Made by a program: the position numbers and the translations under genes. The notes under the pieces were generated by a model. That model did not search any database and was not told where the DNA came from. It saw only the letters and a program-made list of their open reading frames with translations. 64,000 bases of DNA. It comes from Octopus bimaculoides (Eukaryota). The DNA lies in assembly GCF_001194135.2 (NCBI RefSeq), contig NC_068990.1, positions 28,876,836-28,940,835 of the forward strand, in the 5' to 3' direction. How positions within the stretch are numbered: position 1 is the stretch's first letter; every line of letters starts with the position of its first letter. This document shows positions 61,071-64,000 of this stretch, piece by piece.

Positions 61071-61684
61071 TGAGGAGCACTACTAACAACAACATACTCA
61101 ACTTCAACACCAAAATTATCAAATTTCCCAACTGACTTAAAGGGGATTCTACAAAGGGTCCAAGACAGCTGATAAAATATTGAAACACCAGAAATTTCAA
61201 AATTATTTCAGCCATTCCGATCGAGTGAAATTAAGTTAGTTTAAAGAAATTGGTTTTCGATAACTCATCATCACGTTTAACATTAGCTATCAAGAGTGTA
61301 TGACTTGTTCACAGGGACAGGAAGAAATTAACAAAGGGAACACAATGACTAATTTCCATGGAAACAACAGTTACAGCCTAATTCATTATTCGTAATTACA
61401 ACGTAATGAATTACGGCTTTTCCGTGTGCCCCATGATTAAGATTGTCAAACGATGTGTTCTTAATAGGTCAAGGTGAGCCGTAAAACTAGAAGTGAGAGA
61501 TCAAACTGCATTGCAATTTAATTACTTCCCCACTCCAACATTTAATTAAGAAGTTCCCGTTAGTGTCATTTAACCCCAAATCACCCCTGATCCACCTGAC
61601 ATACAATCCAATCAATTCCACTCATAAACATCCTATGTTTATTACCAGACATTTTTAGTTCATTATTATTTGTCGCACCCACTA

Positions 61685-62250
61685 GGCGGTGAGCTTGCAG
61701 AATCGTCAGATCATCGAAAGTAAATTCTTTGCACCATATCGTCCGGATCTTTACGTCCGGAGTTCAAATTCCACCGAGGTCGACTTTCGAAGACAATAAA
61801 ATAAGTACCAGTTACGTACTGAAGAGAATATTGCTGGCATTGTGTCAAACCCTGAACCCATTATATACTGTACCCCATGGCGACAAGTTAACAGAATCGT
61901 TAGAATGCCAGAAAAAAAGTCTTTGCACTACTTCTTGCGTTGCCCTAGATTCAGAGTTCAAATCCCAACTTTGTCTATATCGATAAAATAAGAGATAAAC
62001 ATTTTAATGTTAGAAACAGTTCATGTACCCTACGGTGTGGCGCTGGCAGATTCTTTGAAGCGTCCAACAGAACATCTTGTATTTTTTTCAGCTCTTTACA
62101 TTTTAAGATCAATTATCACCGAGGTCATTTTTATCTTTCATCTTTCTAACGTCGATAATATAATGTCCAAATGAATTACTAGGAGCAAACGTATCAAGTA
62201 ACATCACTCCAATCAAATTGGCGTGCCTTGTGCCTACATGAGAAACCATT
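61685..62250 (+). mobile_element. Three head-to-tail, progressively decayed SINE A copies
   Basis: Heads at 61685 (ggcggtgagcttgcagaatcg), ~61879 (ggcgacaagttaacagaatcgttag) and ~62036 (ggtgtggcgctggcaga); B-box gagttcaaat in the first two. Confidence 0.65.
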
Positions 62251-63347
62251 ATTTAATGTATCCTTTTCTTTCAAGGACACTGGTATTCAATCTAAGCGAA
62301 ATGTGGCTACTATATCTAGCAGACTGGACCAAGATGTAGACGGTGATTTATTGTCTAGTGTTGATGTTATTTTTGTTGAGGAGTCGATCTAACTGTAACC
62401 ATCTGCTGAACGCTTGAGATGAAGGATTGCACAATCCCTGCATTCCTCTTTCACTGAAGATTATAGAGTGGGATGTACGGGAGAACATATATTGTAGTTC
62501 TAACAATTACTGCAAAATCAGGTATTTTTTAGAACAGATCATTCTTTACTGACATCATGATAAGAACATTGAAGCCACTGTTAATTAATTAACTAATCAA
62601 TTAAGTAATAGTAATAAAAATGGTAATAATAGTAATCATTTCTACTAATGTCACAAGGCCTGAAATTTGTGGAGAGGAGACTAGTCGATTACATCGACCC
62701 TCAGCTTTCCAAATCGCCACTTGTACTTTACCTACTCGTCCTCTGAAATCTATTTTTCTCGGAACGTTTTGCTGGTTTCATTTCATTTATTCTAATGGAT
62801 TTCTTCAGAGCAACAAACTACCAGTTCAATTGCTGTTGGCTTTACTCAACCGAAAAACAAGGCGTTCATCTTCTTTATCTATTTACGGTTTATTTAGACC
62901 CTAAAAATGCTATGTCCGAATTAGATCAACATTACTCAATGTATTTACCTCATGTCTACATTTATGAATTTTAAAAATGCCTTCTATATCCGCTTGACAA
63001 CTGGATCTGGATGAGTATGAGCGGGTTTGCGAGTGATTTTAAACTTAGTTATCAGCTTCGAGCAGACAGAAGAAAAATGGCCGCTCTGTTCTGTTCAAGA
63101 CATAAATGACCACAAGCCTTAAAACACCATACTGGTCTCTGTCCACCAGTAAAACATTTATATGAGGCTTCCAGAATATCACTAAAACCTTAGGATTCAA
63201 ATCTTTTCATGATGATAAAAGTAAAAAACAAAACAATAACTTCAAATTTTGACACAATTCCAGCCATTTCAAGGATCGGGCGATTAGACAGACAAACTAC
63301 TCGTTCTATTAACTGCGAGAGAAGGAAATACTGGAAATACTAATAGA

Positions 63348-63441
63348 TGAAGCGGAATTTGAACTGAGAACGTAAAAAGCCGGAAGAAATACCGCTTTGC
63401 ATTTAGACCGACGCGATAAGGATTCTGCCGGCACGCCGCCT
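63348..63441 (-). mobile_element. SINE family A head half
   Basis: gcggaatttgaactgagaacgtaaa..aaataccgct..gattctgccggcacgccgcc. Confidence 0.75.
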
Positions 63442-64000
63442 CAGTTAAACAGCAAAAAAGGATGAAAAACAAAAGAGAAATAAATGAATACTTCTTAGGT
63501 TATGTTTCTGTTTTAAGAATTCTTTCTTTTACTTGTAGAACTTCAAAATTTTGGTAAAAGAATTAATTCTTTTTTACAAATATTGTTATTTCCAACTCAA
63601 CATTATAAGAATCAATGAAAGCGATATTGGCTTTCCGTCATGCCTTGATATCAACATCTTGTCATATCTTTAAGAGGCAGCTGTTGTTGACTTGTTGCTA
63701 AAGAAGCTGTCTTCTAAGTTTTCTGAGATTTGTCATCAGGTAAATATAGTTGTGCTCGTAAAGAATTTAGAGATAAACGCATACACATAACATGCACACA
63801 CACATATACACGTACACACATACATACATAAATACATACATACATACATACGCACACAAACGCACATATATGCATACATGCATGCACGCATACATACAAA
63901 TGTAAGCGACACATATGTAAGTAAATATATACAAGCAAGCACATTTTCATACATGCACATACATATGTTATTGTATATATGCGTACACAGTGTTAAGAGA

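Noticed and set aside
63715-63745. Minus-strand CTGATGA..GAAA
   Set aside because: The intervening 9 nt cannot form stem II.
14883-63960. HT-, CV-, YI-, LS- and MYVC-repeat ORFs
   Set aside because: Translations of (CA)n, (TG)n, (TA)n, (CT)n and (CATA)n microsatellites.

Overview
AT-rich, microsatellite-dense, repeat-saturated eukaryotic DNA from a gapped short-read assembly (13 N-gaps, nearly all opening at simple repeats). It is probably intronic or intergenic octopus (cephalopod) sequence; this is inferred from the repeat landscape, not checked against a database. I find no confidently identifiable host protein-coding gene: almost every ORF in the track is a microsatellite or N-gap artefact. 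What can be supported is a dense transposon graveyard. It includes several tRNA-derived SINE families (labelled here A, B, D, E, H), RTE-3'-UTR-like repeats (C), RTE and CR1 LINE 3' fragments, three different mariner lineages, Tigger, hAT, Helitron and piggyBac-like remnants, and several MITE-like foldbacks. The most interesting signal is a set of Penelope-type minimal hammerhead-ribozyme motifs. Three of them sit in a short element that joins a tRNA-like Pol III head and an (AAT)n spacer to a hammerhead-bearing tail (25.9 kb, and a head-to-head pair at 30.75-31.2 kb); several unrelated decayed hammerhead cores lie elsewhere. Other highlights are a 194-bp near-perfect palindrome flanked by TTA, a 73-nt pre-miRNA-like hairpin, and a 21-unit minisatellite amplified from a SINE A-box.
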